Assembly: GCA_964497435.1 (NCBI GenBank)
Contig: CAZCCD010000002.1
Location: 10,050 to 74,049 of the forward strand
Source: Candidatus Woesearchaeota archaeon
GTDB lineage: Archaea; Nanobdellota; Nanobdellia; Pacearchaeales; GW2011-AR1
DNA length: 64,000 bases
Reading direction: 5' to 3'
Made by a program: the position numbers and the translations under genes. The notes under the pieces are model-generated. The model was not told the origin of the DNA, searched no databases, and saw only the letters and a program-made list of their open reading frames with translations. Position 1 is the first letter of the stretch, and each line of letters begins with the position of its first letter. This document shows, in pieces, positions 37,658-47,822 of the stretch.

Positions 37658-38467
37658 TTACAAAAATTCGCATAATATTTTAACTCCTAATTTAAGAGTC
37701 ATATTATCATGATTCTTATCTTTTTCTGGATTAATTTCTACAATATCAATGGCTTTGAGGTTTTTAACTTTATTAAGCCTTTGAATTAAATAAATTAATT
37801 CTCTGGAAGTTAATCCTCCTGGCTCTTTATATCCTGTCGCAGGAGCAAAAATAGGGTCTACAACATCTATGTCAATAGAAAGATAAAGCTCTTTCTTGTT
37901 AGAAAATTCCATTATACTATCACAGGCATCTTCTATATTTAAAAGCAAATTATTAATATCCATTCTTTTAACCTCCTTCTCTTTCATATATTTAATTTCT
38001 TCAACATCAGAATTTCTTAATCCGACTAACATTACATTTTCAGCAGGAAATCCGTAATCTATAAGGCCTCTTAACCATTCTTCATGAGTCGGAAAATTCT
38101 TATCAACAGGTTTCATGCAATCAGGATGAGCGTCAAAAACAATTAAACAGGGTTCTTTGTTATTTGCATTAGAATGTTTTAAAAAAGCCCTTATTGTTGA
38201 AAAACTAATAGAATGGTCTCCTCCTAAAAAAATAACCTTATCTTTGTTTAAAGATTCTAAAGAATTTTTGTAAATTAACTTATTTGTCAACTCTAAATTA
38301 TTATTGTCTAAATGTATTTCCTCTAAATCCAACAACTTAATGTCTATTGGTTTTCCTTGTTCATTGCTGTAAATCTCTTTCAAGGCCTCGAGTATTGCAT
38401 TTCCTGCTCTTTCACATCCATTTGTCTTTCCTAAACCATTTATACCTGGAACCTTAATAATTTGCAT
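37658..38467 (-). CDS. arginase/agmatinase family ureohydrolase
   Basis: GGDHSIS, VFDAHPD and SIDIDVVDP manganese-binding motifs. Confidence 0.75.
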   Translation of the reverse strand: MQIIKVPGINGLGKTNGCERAGNAILEALKEIYSNEQGKPIDIKLLDLEEIHLDNNNLELTNKLIYKNSLESLNKDKVIFLGGDHSISFSTIRAFLKHSNANNKEPCLIVFDAHPDCMKPVDKNFPTHEEWLRGLIDYGFPAENVMLVGLRNSDVEEIKYMKEKEVKRMDINNLLLNIEDACDSIMEFSNKKELYLSIDIDVVDPIFAPATGYKEPGGLTSRELIYLIQRLNKVKNLKAIDIVEINPEKDKNHDNMTLKLGVKILCEFL

Positions 38468-38528
38468 GAAATTAGAGGTAAAATATAGTTTTTAAGGTTA
38501 ATTAAATAAATCAATTATCAGTTTTATA

Positions 38529-39650
38529 TCATGTTCTTCTTGGGAATAATCTTCTTATATTAGGTCCTCTCATTGCCATGGGTCCTCTAGGAAACGGTGT
38601 CCTAATAAAAGGGCTTGAAATTGGGCTTTTCATATTAAGCAAAGAAGCTGGTTTTTGGGATGTTTTTTTAGGTTTAGAAAAAGAACCTCTTAACCTCTTT
38701 ACAATAAAAAAACTTACAACACCTATTCCTGAAAAAAGAACAAAGACAATTATGTAAAAAAGCCACATATAACTCTTATTAACCTTTTCCTTACAATCTG
38801 CAGGGCATAAAAAAGAGCTTTCATCTAAATCACAAGTATTATCTCCACAATAAGAGGACATCACAACAGGACAATATCCGCAATCGTTTACACAACTAGA
38901 GCAATCTTCATTTTCATCGCAAAAGCCATCACCACAAACCCTTTCTTGAGATGATAAGTCAACTCTAAAGGAAACTTCTTCACCATAAGAATTAGAAAAA
39001 GAGGAATATTTACTGGCATAAACATTTAGTGTATTTAATCCAACTGCTGAATTTATACTAGTATTGGGTGTGAAATCAACAAGAGAGCCTGAATTTAATG
39101 AATACTTCCAAAATCTTGCGTTTCTTTTTGTATCAATAACTCTCAAAGGTATGTTTGTTGAGCTATAAACCATTCCATCTTGAGGAGAAAAAAAGATTAT
39201 TTTTATAGAACCAGAACCTCCTCCCCCATTTTCGCCATCTTCACTTCCAAGTGGAACTCCACATATTCCTGGAATCTCGCCTTTTTCTTCCCATGCCTTT
39301 CCACTTCCACAAAGATAGGCTGTGTTTCCTTGGCAAAAATATCCAATATCAATTTCAGGATCACATTCTTCTCCAGTAAAAAATTCCCAAATTTCTCCTA
39401 ATTTATCTCCACCTTTAATTAGCTTTTCAGCAGATTCAAATCTCTGGCTACAAATTCCTTCTACACAAGATTCTCCAACACATTCATAATCATTAATACA
39501 TTGAGCTCCTCCAGTCTTAAGAGTTTTAAACTGGCCATCTACATCACAATACTTTCCATTACTCAAACTTCCTGCAATTTCACAAGTTTGAGAAGAAATA
39601 AAATTTATAAAAACTAAAAAAATAATTCCTAGAAAGTATTTTGAAGCCAT
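38529..39650 (-). CDS. Cys-rich secreted protein with C-terminal TM anchor and Pro/Arg-rich cytoplasmic tail
   Basis: Signal peptide; many Cys in CxxC/CGDG spacing; ENGGGGSGS linker; TM near C-terminus. Confidence 0.45.
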   Translation of the reverse strand: MASKYFLGIIFLVFINFISSQTCEIAGSLSNGKYCDVDGQFKTLKTGGAQCINDYECVGESCVEGICSQRFESAEKLIKGGDKLGEIWEFFTGEECDPEIDIGYFCQGNTAYLCGSGKAWEEKGEIPGICGVPLGSEDGENGGGGSGSIKIIFFSPQDGMVYSSTNIPLRVIDTKRNARFWKYSLNSGSLVDFTPNTSINSAVGLNTLNVYASKYSSFSNSYGEEVSFRVDLSSQERVCGDGFCDENEDCSSCVNDCGYCPVVMSSYCGDNTCDLDESSFLCPADCKEKVNKSYMWLFYIIVFVLFSGIGVVSFFIVKRLRGSFSKPKKTSQKPASLLNMKSPISSPFIRTPFPRGPMAMRGPNIRRLFPRRT

Positions 39651-39655
39651 CGTAG

Positions 39656-41509
39656 CTAATTGGTTGACCTCGAAGCACTATTGTCTACCTCATTGCCTCC
39701 AGTATTTCCTTGATCATCACTAGCTATACATCCTAAATAACCATTATTAGAAGCTGTCTGTCCTGCATCATCTCTGCTGAAAACATCTACAGGATGTATA
39801 ATTGCACACCAAATTTTTTGTAATAAACCAGCTTGTTTTTCTAGCTCTTGTTTAAGCAAGGTGCATTTTCCTTCTATACATACATTACTCTTACATTGAT
39901 AATCCTCGACACAACTCTGTCCTTCGTTCTTAGCACTCTCATATTTTAAAGTAAAAGGACTGCAATATTTTAACACCCCTCCAATTTCTGCCCTTGTTTT
40001 TGGAGAAATTCTAGGCCCTCCTTCAACAACAGGCTCGCAACTAATACCTCCTTCTTCTTCAGGAACTATACAGGCTCCTTTTTCACATCCATCATCACAT
40101 CTAATTATCTCTTCTTTTAACTCGCCAGACTCACAGTATAATTCCTTTAAATATGATCCTTTTTCTAAATCAGGACCTGTAAGAGAATCTCTACAAGAAT
40201 CTTGATAAATATCCTGTCCATTGACTAATGTAAATGCCCATTCATAATAGTTCTTTCCAAAATCACCGTCAGCGCAAGTTATCTCATCTTTTATGTCAAG
40301 AGGAACAGGAGCAGGACCAGTAGGAGAAATATAAGAAATTAAATAAACAATATCAGAGCTCTTAACTTCCCAGTCACCATTTACATCACCTATCCATAAA
40401 GGACTAGGAGCTGCTCCTCCTTTAAAAACATAATTTACAAGGTAATTAACATCTAGCTGATTAATACTCCCGTCTTTAGTTAAATCTCCTCTTTCCTTGA
40501 GAACAGGAGCTGGAGCATTTTTATTTAGATAATTTTCAAGATAAGTTATATCAGATGTTTTTACCTGACTATCACCATTTACATCACCTATCCATAAAGG
40601 ACTAGGAGCTACTCCTCCTTGAAGGACATAGCTTATTAATAGATTTAAGTCAGAAAAATCAATTTTATTATTTTTATCTAAATCTCCTACAACATAAGAA
40701 ACAGGGGCTGAGGCTCCGGTTGCACCATTTAAGTAATTTTGAAGGTAGAGTATATCAGCATTGCTTACATCACCATTTCCATTTACATCTCCTATCCATT
40801 CTGGAGATGGGGGAGTACCTGCCCTTAAAATGTAATCTGTTAAAAGATCAAGGTCTGCATTATTTATAATCTTGTTTTTGTCTAAATCTCCTATAAGATA
40901 TGATACAGGATCTGGAGCATCAACATTGCGACTTAAATAATTTTCTAAATAAGTTATATCTCCAACACTAACATCATTGTTTCCATTAACATCTCCTAAT
41001 TCAATAGGATCAGGAGCAGGGCCTGCTCTTAAAATGTAATCTGTTAACAAGTCAAGATCATCACTATCTATTACTCCATCTTTGTTTATATCGCCTGTTT
41101 GAAGAGGAACTGGTTTAGGACCCCTCGGAGAAATGTAAGAAATCAAATAAGTTATGTCTGCATTATTTACTATTTTGTCACCATTTACATCTCCTAATTC
41201 AATAGGATCAGGAGCTACTCCTCCTTTAAGAACATATTCTATTAAAAAATAAACATCTTCTATATCAATCTTCCCATCAATATTAACATCTCCTCTCTTT
41301 AATTCTATTTCAACATTTGTTTTAGAATCAATCCTCGTGAGATCTTGGCTTTCATTGATAGCAAAACCAACAATCCCTATTCCTGCAATTAGTATAGCAA
41401 GAGAAATAACAATTGAAATAACAATTACATACCTCTTTTTTCTGGCTCTATTTTGACCAGAGGTAGAGGCTTTGCCTCTTTTTTCCATGATATGTATAAC
41501 AAAAAACAC
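39656..41509 (-). CDS. membrane-anchored surface protein built from ~10 tandem dockerin-type (EF-hand-like Ca-binding) repeats plus C-terminal Cys-rich domain
   Basis: N-terminal TM; repeated ~33-aa units GDVN.DG.V...DI.YL..Y...GG.AP.P (e.g. GDVNIDGKIDIEDVYFLIEYVLKGGVAPDPIEL). Confidence 0.55.
   Translation of the reverse strand: MFFVIHIMEKRGKASTSGQNRARKKRYVIVISIVISLAILIAGIGIVGFAINESQDLTRIDSKTNVEIELKRGDVNIDGKIDIEDVYFLIEYVLKGGVAPDPIELGDVNGDKIVNNADITYLISYISPRGPKPVPLQTGDINKDGVIDSDDLDLLTDYILRAGPAPDPIELGDVNGNNDVSVGDITYLENYLSRNVDAPDPVSYLIGDLDKNKIINNADLDLLTDYILRAGTPPSPEWIGDVNGNGDVSNADILYLQNYLNGATGASAPVSYVVGDLDKNNKIDFSDLNLLISYVLQGGVAPSPLWIGDVNGDSQVKTSDITYLENYLNKNAPAPVLKERGDLTKDGSINQLDVNYLVNYVFKGGAAPSPLWIGDVNGDWEVKSSDIVYLISYISPTGPAPVPLDIKDEITCADGDFGKNYYEWAFTLVNGQDIYQDSCRDSLTGPDLEKGSYLKELYCESGELKEEIIRCDDGCEKGACIVPEEEGGISCEPVVEGGPRISPKTRAEIGGVLKYCSPFTLKYESAKNEGQSCVEDYQCKSNVCIEGKCTLLKQELEKQAGLLQKIWCAIIHPVDVFSRDDAGQTASNNGYLGCIASDDQGNTGGNEVDNSASRSTN
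40298..41296 (-). repeat. coding tandem array of ~10 dockerin-like 33-aa repeats inside 39656..41509
   Basis: Periodic GDVNG/GDLDK ... YL.NY ... AP.P units read from the translation; coordinates approximate. Confidence 0.6.
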
Positions 41510-41797
41510 TTTATAATTCTTTTTATATAATAAGATAAATATTTAATTTAAGTTTAGTTTAATAAAATATTTTTATTGATGTAAATATAACAATAAATTA
41601 CTAAAGTTTGATGCGACTCATAATAAATTTTCCATTTAAAATTAATAAATAAGATTCTTAACAGAATCAGAATTAGACAAATAATACCGAGGTAAGCATA
41701 TTTATCTTAAACTCAAATATACATAAAAAACAAAAACTATTTAAAATGCCTTTCCCTTATAAAAATACGACAAAGAGGTTGAAAGGAGGTAGATAAA

Positions 41798-41950
41798 ATG
41801 AACAAGCTAATTGGATGGATTTTCATCATAATTGGTGTCATAATGCTATTACCATTGCTAAACCTAACATTCTTAGGTACAGCAGGAGACTGGCTAGTTA
41901 TGCTAGGATACTTAGTAATCGGTATAATGTGGCTAATGCATACTAAATAA
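41798..41950 (+). CDS. candidate 50-aa two-TM mini-protein with strong Shine-Dalgarno
   Basis: aaaggaggtagataaaATG; MNKLIGWIFIIIGVIMLLPLLNLTFLGTAGDWLVMLGYLVIGIMWLMHTK; the antisense 72-aa track ORF is rejected in its favour. Confidence 0.45.
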   Translation: MNKLIGWIFIIIGVIMLLPLLNLTFLGTAGDWLVMLGYLVIGIMWLMHTK

Positions 41951-42035
41951 AACATTTATTTTTATTTATTTTTTATAATTTATTAGTTTTTACTAATTCT
42001 TGATTTAATTTATAGATTTAGAAATGTCTGTATAT

Positions 42036-44654
42036 TTAATTACTATAACTGTAACGTGCATCACAAGGAGCAGAGGGTTCGCAGAGATTATATGAATCTG
42101 AATCTTCAGGGTAACAACCAACACTCCCTGTACATGATACAACCATTGCTTCTGGCTCACCTGAAACTGAATTTGAAGTAGCCCTGCAGCCAGCATATTT
42201 AGTGCCTCCACAACCTGAAGAACATCTACCATAACATGTAACTAAAACTTTTGTTTTTGATTCTGTTGTCTTATCCCCTTTTATTATAACTTGGTTGCTG
42301 GACTCGGATTCTGCTGTCTTAGCATTTAAGACTAAAAATGAGCTATCACTAATTCTAATAGCTTGAGGGTTAGTTTTACTCTTCAATCCAAAAATTCTTC
42401 TAAATAAAGATGGTTTTGATTCTTTTTGAGTCTGTGAAAAATAACTTTCAACACCTTTCAAAGCTTCTTCTTTGTTTTCAGGGATAAGCTGAGGCGTACC
42501 TCCACTCCCACTAGAAACACAATTACATTGCGGAACAGGACCTGCCTTGAATATATAGTTAGTTAAATAAATAATATCCCCAGAATTTATTCCTGCGGAA
42601 TTATCAACATCTCCAATACATGATGGATTTGGAGCAGGCCCTCCTTTAAATACATAATTGATTAAATAAACAATATCTCCGGCAGTAACTCTGCCGTCAT
42701 TATTAACATTTCCGCAAATGTAATGAGGAATGTCTTCGGGCACACAGGCTCCATCAACACAGCCATATACACATTCGTCTGAAACAACTTGTGGTTCTGT
42801 TCCACTGCAGTAATATTCATTTAAGACATTAGAGTGTGAAATTAGTTGAATCTGTGCATTTACTCCTCCGCCAACAGGTCCTTCATTAGCATTCAACAAA
42901 TTAACAATAACTCCAAGAATCTCTTTAGAGGTTCCTTCTATTATTTCTTTAGTCTCAGATGCTCCTAGACTATTAGTTACCTTAATCGTGGCAGAAGTAT
43001 CTGTAGCACTTATTAATTCAAAAGTGTAATACTCTCCTTCATAATCTGCACCAACACTGGCTCCTATCGATAGTGTAAAAGAACTAAGACTTTCTCCACA
43101 CAGATCTTGTTTTGAATAAGATTTTCCATAACTATCATACCCATAAACACTTCCAACAGTAAACCACATTATTCCTCCATCTGTATCTGTGCAGGAAGCC
43201 GTCGTTATGCCTGAGCACTCACTAAATTTAATATAAGCTCCATTTGTATTGTCATAAGATTCAAAAATAAAATGTAATTTATCAAAAACAGGGTTTGTCC
43301 ATGTCTGTCCTAATTTAATCTCGTCATTATCTGAATCAGAAGCGAAGAAAGAGACAATAAATCCTGTAGTAGAAGCCCAACTCGCACCACTTCTTGTTAC
43401 TAAAGTTCCATCTACAGGTATTCCATCAGATCCACGAATTACTTCAGAACCATGAGTTAGTTTTAATACGTCAGAACCAACAAATAACTGTGCTCTAATA
43501 ACTCCAAAAGAGTCTTCATCAACAACAACAAGAGAAACAACTACGCCTTGTATTTCTTTAAAAGAGTATTCACTTATTTCTTTTATTTCAGATGCTCCAT
43601 TTGAATCAGTGACTTTAATAGTTGCAGAAGTGTCTGATCCTGAAATCAATTCAATTGTATAAGTCACTCCATTAATTAATGTTTCTACTTTTGAAGGTTC
43701 AGATCCTCCAAGAGATACATCTACTTTTCCAACAGGCCCTGTTCCCATTCCCAACAAATATAAATCACTAGCCGTAGTTCCAGCTCCAACAATATATTCT
43801 TTATCAGATAAAGATATTGGTTCTCCAATAGAATCAAGATGAGTAAAATCTACAGCTCTATTAAAGATTATATTATACCTATAAAGAGGTCTAGAACTAA
43901 TTGTACTCATCTGAACATGAACATAACCTGTGTCATTTTCAAGAGTGTTGTTTCCAATAGTTAAAGTCTGCACAAAATTTGCACCAACGTTTCCTTCGAA
44001 AATTCCATCAGCTAAAATAGTTGGAATATCTGATTTAGTCAGAACGGTCTTTACTTTGTTAATAGGATCTCCAATAAACAATTTAGAACTAGGAGTATGT
44101 AAATAAGCACTCTCGCATGTTGGCTGAACACATCCTTCATCAATGCCTAAAGCACAATTGTCATCAATTCCATTGCAAACCTCTGCCATGCCAGGATTTA
44201 TATTTGGATTATTATCGTTGCAGTCTTGAGGGTCGCAACTATCTCCAACCCCATACCCATCATTATCATTGTCTACACATGTTGAAGGTATACAAATCCC
44301 ATTACTGCATCCACCAGGACATGGTGTACAAATTCCTTCAGTCCAGGTTTGTGTGCAGTTTCCAGTTATATTATTGCATTGAAAATAAATAGTTGAGGTG
44401 CAGGCGTCGTTTCCAGAACAATACTGTGTTGTTATAGGAGGACAATCAGAATTTGTCGTGCATGACGCAGTTCCACTAGTCACAGACGAAACATATCCTT
44501 GAACACCTTGAGCATAGCTTGATTCTTCAATTTCAAGCACAGGAGATTTTCTTACAGCTTCGCCTGTTGGAGATTTTCCTATGTTTGCAATAAGAATAAC
44601 TATAACAAGAACTAAAGCTACCAAACCCAAAAACATCACCCTCTTTTGATCCAT
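42036..44654 (-). CDS. large secreted Cys-rich surface protein with internal duplicated domain and one dockerin-type repeat pair
   Basis: Signal/TM at N-terminus; duplicated ~45-aa segment (TYTIELISGSDTSATIKVTDSNGASEIKEI vs YYTFELISATDTSATIKVTNSLGASETKEI); GNVNNDGRVTAGDIVYLINYVFKGGPAPNP/GDVDNSAGINSGDIIYLTNYIFKAGPVP. Confidence 0.5.
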   Translation of the reverse strand: MDQKRVMFLGLVALVLVIVILIANIGKSPTGEAVRKSPVLEIEESSYAQGVQGYVSSVTSGTASCTTNSDCPPITTQYCSGNDACTSTIYFQCNNITGNCTQTWTEGICTPCPGGCSNGICIPSTCVDNDNDGYGVGDSCDPQDCNDNNPNINPGMAEVCNGIDDNCALGIDEGCVQPTCESAYLHTPSSKLFIGDPINKVKTVLTKSDIPTILADGIFEGNVGANFVQTLTIGNNTLENDTGYVHVQMSTISSRPLYRYNIIFNRAVDFTHLDSIGEPISLSDKEYIVGAGTTASDLYLLGMGTGPVGKVDVSLGGSEPSKVETLINGVTYTIELISGSDTSATIKVTDSNGASEIKEISEYSFKEIQGVVVSLVVVDEDSFGVIRAQLFVGSDVLKLTHGSEVIRGSDGIPVDGTLVTRSGASWASTTGFIVSFFASDSDNDEIKLGQTWTNPVFDKLHFIFESYDNTNGAYIKFSECSGITTASCTDTDGGIMWFTVGSVYGYDSYGKSYSKQDLCGESLSSFTLSIGASVGADYEGEYYTFELISATDTSATIKVTNSLGASETKEIIEGTSKEILGVIVNLLNANEGPVGGGVNAQIQLISHSNVLNEYYCSGTEPQVVSDECVYGCVDGACVPEDIPHYICGNVNNDGRVTAGDIVYLINYVFKGGPAPNPSCIGDVDNSAGINSGDIIYLTNYIFKAGPVPQCNCVSSGSGGTPQLIPENKEEALKGVESYFSQTQKESKPSLFRRIFGLKSKTNPQAIRISDSSFLVLNAKTAESESSNQVIIKGDKTTESKTKVLVTCYGRCSSGCGGTKYAGCRATSNSVSGEPEAMVVSCTGSVGCYPEDSDSYNLCEPSAPCDARYSYSN

Positions 44655-44740
44655 TAATTTTCTTAAGAATATTAAGTTTATAAATGTTTTTTTTGAAAGT
44701 GGTGATTTTGTTAATTTTAAAGAAAAAAAATAAGAATAGA

Positions 44741-44800
44741 ACCGCTCGCTTCGCCCGCTCTAAAATTGCTAGTTCGCAAAACTCACTAGTTATTTAATAA
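44741..44800 (+). repeat. intergenic copy of a short GC-rich palindromic repeat family
   Basis: accgctcgcttcgcccgctctaaaattgctagttcgcaaaactcactagtta; related words at 49101..49160 and partially at ~20010..20045, 20735..20765, 20845..20880. Confidence 0.45.
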
Positions 44801-44953
44801 AGTTTAATGGTAAAATGTCTTGAGGTTATAAAGTACATCTAGATTTGATAGACTAATTAAATTTTTATTACAACTTAAATATTTCATGTGGAGAATCATA
44901 CAGAATACTGATTCAGAACAAATAAATCATCTCAAAATAGTAATTTCATAAAA

Positions 44954-46153
44954 TCACTCAGGCACCAACGCAAAAAAACTATAATTCTTTACTTTAGCCA
45001 GCTCTTTTACATCTTCTAATTTTACTGCCTTTATCTTTTCCTCAAACTCATAAAATTCTCCTGCATTCCCTGACATTTCATACAATAGCAAAGACATCAT
45101 CTGATCTTGGGAATCTTCTATAGCTATCTGATAATTTCCAAGAAGCTGGTCTTTTACTTCATTCAGCTCTTTTTCAGTTAAATCCTTAGAAACTTTTTCA
45201 AGCTCTTCTATTATCAGGCTTTTTACTTTCTCAACATTTTCTTTAGTTGTCCCAACATAAACAAATGTGTAAGAAAAATCTTTTTCTATATTTGCCTGTG
45301 CCCTGACAGAATAAGCAAGATTTCTTTTCTCTCTTATCTCTGAAAACAATCTTGAAGACATGCCTCCTCCAAGAATGCATGAAAGGACTCTTGATGCATA
45401 ACTAAGCTTATCATTTTTAAGAGGAGTATGCCATGCAAAAACCAAATTAGCCTGATCCAATCCTTTTCTTTTTTCAATTCCTTCATGATTTTTTGTCTTA
45501 ACTTCAAACCTTGGAATTTTTCCTTTTTCATTTCCAAAGGTTTTCTCTGCGAAATTAATAAGTTTGTCAAGATCAGTATTTCCAACAACACACAAAACCA
45601 TGTTATTTGGCTTGTAGACTTCTTTAAATTTAGCAATAATTTTCTTCCTGTCTATAGAAGACATTGTTTTTTCAGTTCCTATTAAATCCAAGCCAAGAGG
45701 AGCTTCATAAAGATAATTCTGTATCTTATCAAAAACATAAACAACCGGATTGTCTTTCCTCATCTTAATTTCCTCAAAAATGACTTTTCTTTCTTTGTCC
45801 ATTTCTTTTTCGTCAAACAAAGAATTTTTAACCATGTCAGAAAGAACAGCTAAAGCAACATCTAAATGTCTGCTAGGCATCTTGCACCAGTAAGCTGTTA
45901 TTGACTCATCAGTAAAGCCATTAAGAATTCCTCCATTTCTTTCAATTTCTTCAGCAATCTTCTTGGCATTTCTTGTTGGGGTTCCTTTATACAACATATG
46001 TTCTATAAAATGCGAGATTCCTTTTTCACTAACATGCTCATTCATTCCTCCATTTCTGACCGCGATTGCAACACTGACAATAGGCAAATCCCTTTTTTCA
46101 AATATTATTGTCATGCCATTTTTTAAGACTTTTCTGAAAAATTTTGGTTTCAT
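44954..46153 (-). CDS. M16 family zinc metallopeptidase (pitrilysin-like)
   Basis: Inverted zinc motif HFIEH, downstream NGFTDESITAY glutamate region. Confidence 0.85.
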   Translation of the reverse strand: MKPKFFRKVLKNGMTIIFEKRDLPIVSVAIAVRNGGMNEHVSEKGISHFIEHMLYKGTPTRNAKKIAEEIERNGGILNGFTDESITAYWCKMPSRHLDVALAVLSDMVKNSLFDEKEMDKERKVIFEEIKMRKDNPVVYVFDKIQNYLYEAPLGLDLIGTEKTMSSIDRKKIIAKFKEVYKPNNMVLCVVGNTDLDKLINFAEKTFGNEKGKIPRFEVKTKNHEGIEKRKGLDQANLVFAWHTPLKNDKLSYASRVLSCILGGGMSSRLFSEIREKRNLAYSVRAQANIEKDFSYTFVYVGTTKENVEKVKSLIIEELEKVSKDLTEKELNEVKDQLLGNYQIAIEDSQDQMMSLLLYEMSGNAGEFYEFEEKIKAVKLEDVKELAKVKNYSFFALVPE

Positions 46154-46195
46154 AAAACAGAAAAATAGGAAGGGTATTTAAATTTTGTTTTAAAA

Positions 46196-46498
46196 TTATT
46201 TTTTCCTTAGAAATTGATAAAGCATGCCAATCAAAGCCCCGATTATAAAAGCCTCAATAATTAAAGATGTGAAAAGTAAAAAGTTGTTGCAAACTCCAGA
46301 ACCACCAACATCAAAACACCCATTGCCAAAAGCTTCTGTAAAAAATAAGCTAAGAATAAAATATAATGCAAGCAAAAAGAAGAAAGATATCCCGGAAAAA
46401 ATATTAATTTTAGAAAATAATAAGCCAACAAGAATAAGAGCTATTAATCCAAAAATAATTCCTCCCTTTAGCCAATAAGGCCATGTTTTCCAACTCAT
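46196..46498 (-). CDS. small membrane protein, hypothetical
   Basis: 3 TM helices. Confidence 0.35.
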   Translation of the reverse strand: MSWKTWPYWLKGGIIFGLIALILVGLLFSKINIFSGISFFFLLALYFILSLFFTEAFGNGCFDVGGSGVCNNFLLFTSLIIEAFIIGALIGMLYQFLRKK

Positions 46499-46512
46499 AA
46501 TTAAAAAAAGAA

Positions 46513-47289
46513 TTAAGTCTTTTTAAAATTTTTGTTAAAAACCAAATACCTTTCACCCCCTAACTCAAAATCATCCAGCAAATTAAAACTGTCTTTTATG
46601 AAATCAGTGATCCAATTTCTAGAAACTTTAAATTTCCTTTTTTTAATCATGCTTCTAGTTGCAAAGCTAACAACTACTTTATCAACTAAAGGAACAATCT
46701 CACTTAATAATTTCTTAGAATAATCATGTTTTAACATTTCAAGAGAATCCAAAGTCTTAAACAAAAAAATAATTTTATATCCTTTAACACTCTTAATTAA
46801 TTCTTTTACTTTAGATAAATCAAATAATGAAAAATGATAAGCCTTTCCGCTAATTTTATTTTTCTTAAAATAATCATTAGTTAGATCAACTAACTGTCCG
46901 ATAGAATCAATTCCGATATAATTTACATTTCCCATAAATTTATAACTAAATCCATTAACACCTGCTCCGAGATCAATTATGGTTATCACCTCTTTTTTAG
47001 ATTCATTTCCAAGAATCCTCCCATACAATTCCTTATAAAATTCTAAGCGTTCTCTTGTCGACAAATGTTTCCTTAAAATCCACTCTTCATCCTTATTTTT
47101 ATGGCTCAATAATTTCCCACTAGTAAAGCTAGAAAAAACCTTATGTAGGAGTTCTCTGGTCAATCTAATTTTTTCTTCATCAGAAACTTGCCTTTTTTTA
47201 AAGTGGCTGAAAGCCATTTCAATGTCTTCTCTTGGCAATTTTGAAAATTCTTTCTTTTTTGTTATTTGTTTATAAATTTTTATGTTCAT
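46513..47289 (-). CDS. class I SAM-dependent methyltransferase
   Basis: Motif I ITIIDLGAGVNGF, motif II-like IGIDS, Rossmann pattern. Confidence 0.5.
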   Translation of the reverse strand: MNIKIYKQITKKKEFSKLPREDIEMAFSHFKKRQVSDEEKIRLTRELLHKVFSSFTSGKLLSHKNKDEEWILRKHLSTRERLEFYKELYGRILGNESKKEVITIIDLGAGVNGFSYKFMGNVNYIGIDSIGQLVDLTNDYFKKNKISGKAYHFSLFDLSKVKELIKSVKGYKIIFLFKTLDSLEMLKHDYSKKLLSEIVPLVDKVVVSFATRSMIKKRKFKVSRNWITDFIKDSFNLLDDFELGGERYLVFNKNFKKT

Positions 47290-47822
47290 TTTCTACTAAT
47301 AAATTTATTACCTTTAATGTAAAACCTTAAATTTTCATTAAGATCTTTTTTAACACCGATTCTTTTAGAAGATATTATTTTATATTTATTTTTTTCCTTA
47401 ATATTTTCTAACCATAATTCTTTATTATTAATTATATCTTTTTTATGAAATCTTTTATTAATTTTTAAGGTTCTTGTTAAAAGTCCTGGGCCAGAAGTTT
47501 TCGCTTCAAAATTCAACGGCTCTATAGCCCTTATCAAAACAGCTTCTGCTTTTCCTTTTTTTCCCGTAACAATATTAAAAAGCCATTGATTATGCACCCC
47601 ATAAACTAAAATTGTATCTGGTTTCATTAACATTGTATCTCTTAAATCTCCATTTTTAACAGCCCTAGAAGCAGGATCTTCACTTCCAAAATAAGCTTCT
47701 GTTTCTACAATTTTTGCTTTTAAAATTTCATTATTAATGTTTCTAACAAGAATTTTTCCTAATAAATCTCTTGCAACTATCCTGACATTTCGCAAAAAAA
47801 AGTTTTTGTTGAGTTTCATTTT
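47286..47822 (-). CDS. DNA-3-methyladenine glycosylase (AAG/MPG family)
   Basis: IVETEAYFGSEDPASRA, LVYGVHNQWLFNIV, AVLIRAIEP; start placed at the Met beginning MKLNKNFFLR so it abuts rather than overlaps 47821..48363. Confidence 0.75.
   Translation of the reverse strand, partial: KMKLNKNFFLRNVRIVARDLLGKILVRNINNEILKAKIVETEAYFGSEDPASRAVKNGDLRDTMLMKPDTILVYGVHNQWLFNIVTGKKGKAEAVLIRAIEPLNFEAKTSGPGLLTRTLKINKRFHKKDIINNKELWLENIKEKNKYKIISSKRIGVKKDLNENLRFYIKGNKFISRK

Noticed and set aside
41737-41955. 72-aa minus-strand ORF in the spacer between the dockerin genes
   Set aside because: There is no RBS or promoter context. The opposite strand carries a 50-aa ORF with a perfect SD, which is more plausible.
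45334-45685. Two overlapping ORFs (100 aa minus, 85 aa plus) inside the M16 peptidase gene
   Set aside because: Both lie within or antisense to a gene with intact HxxEH...E zinc motifs. They are not supported.
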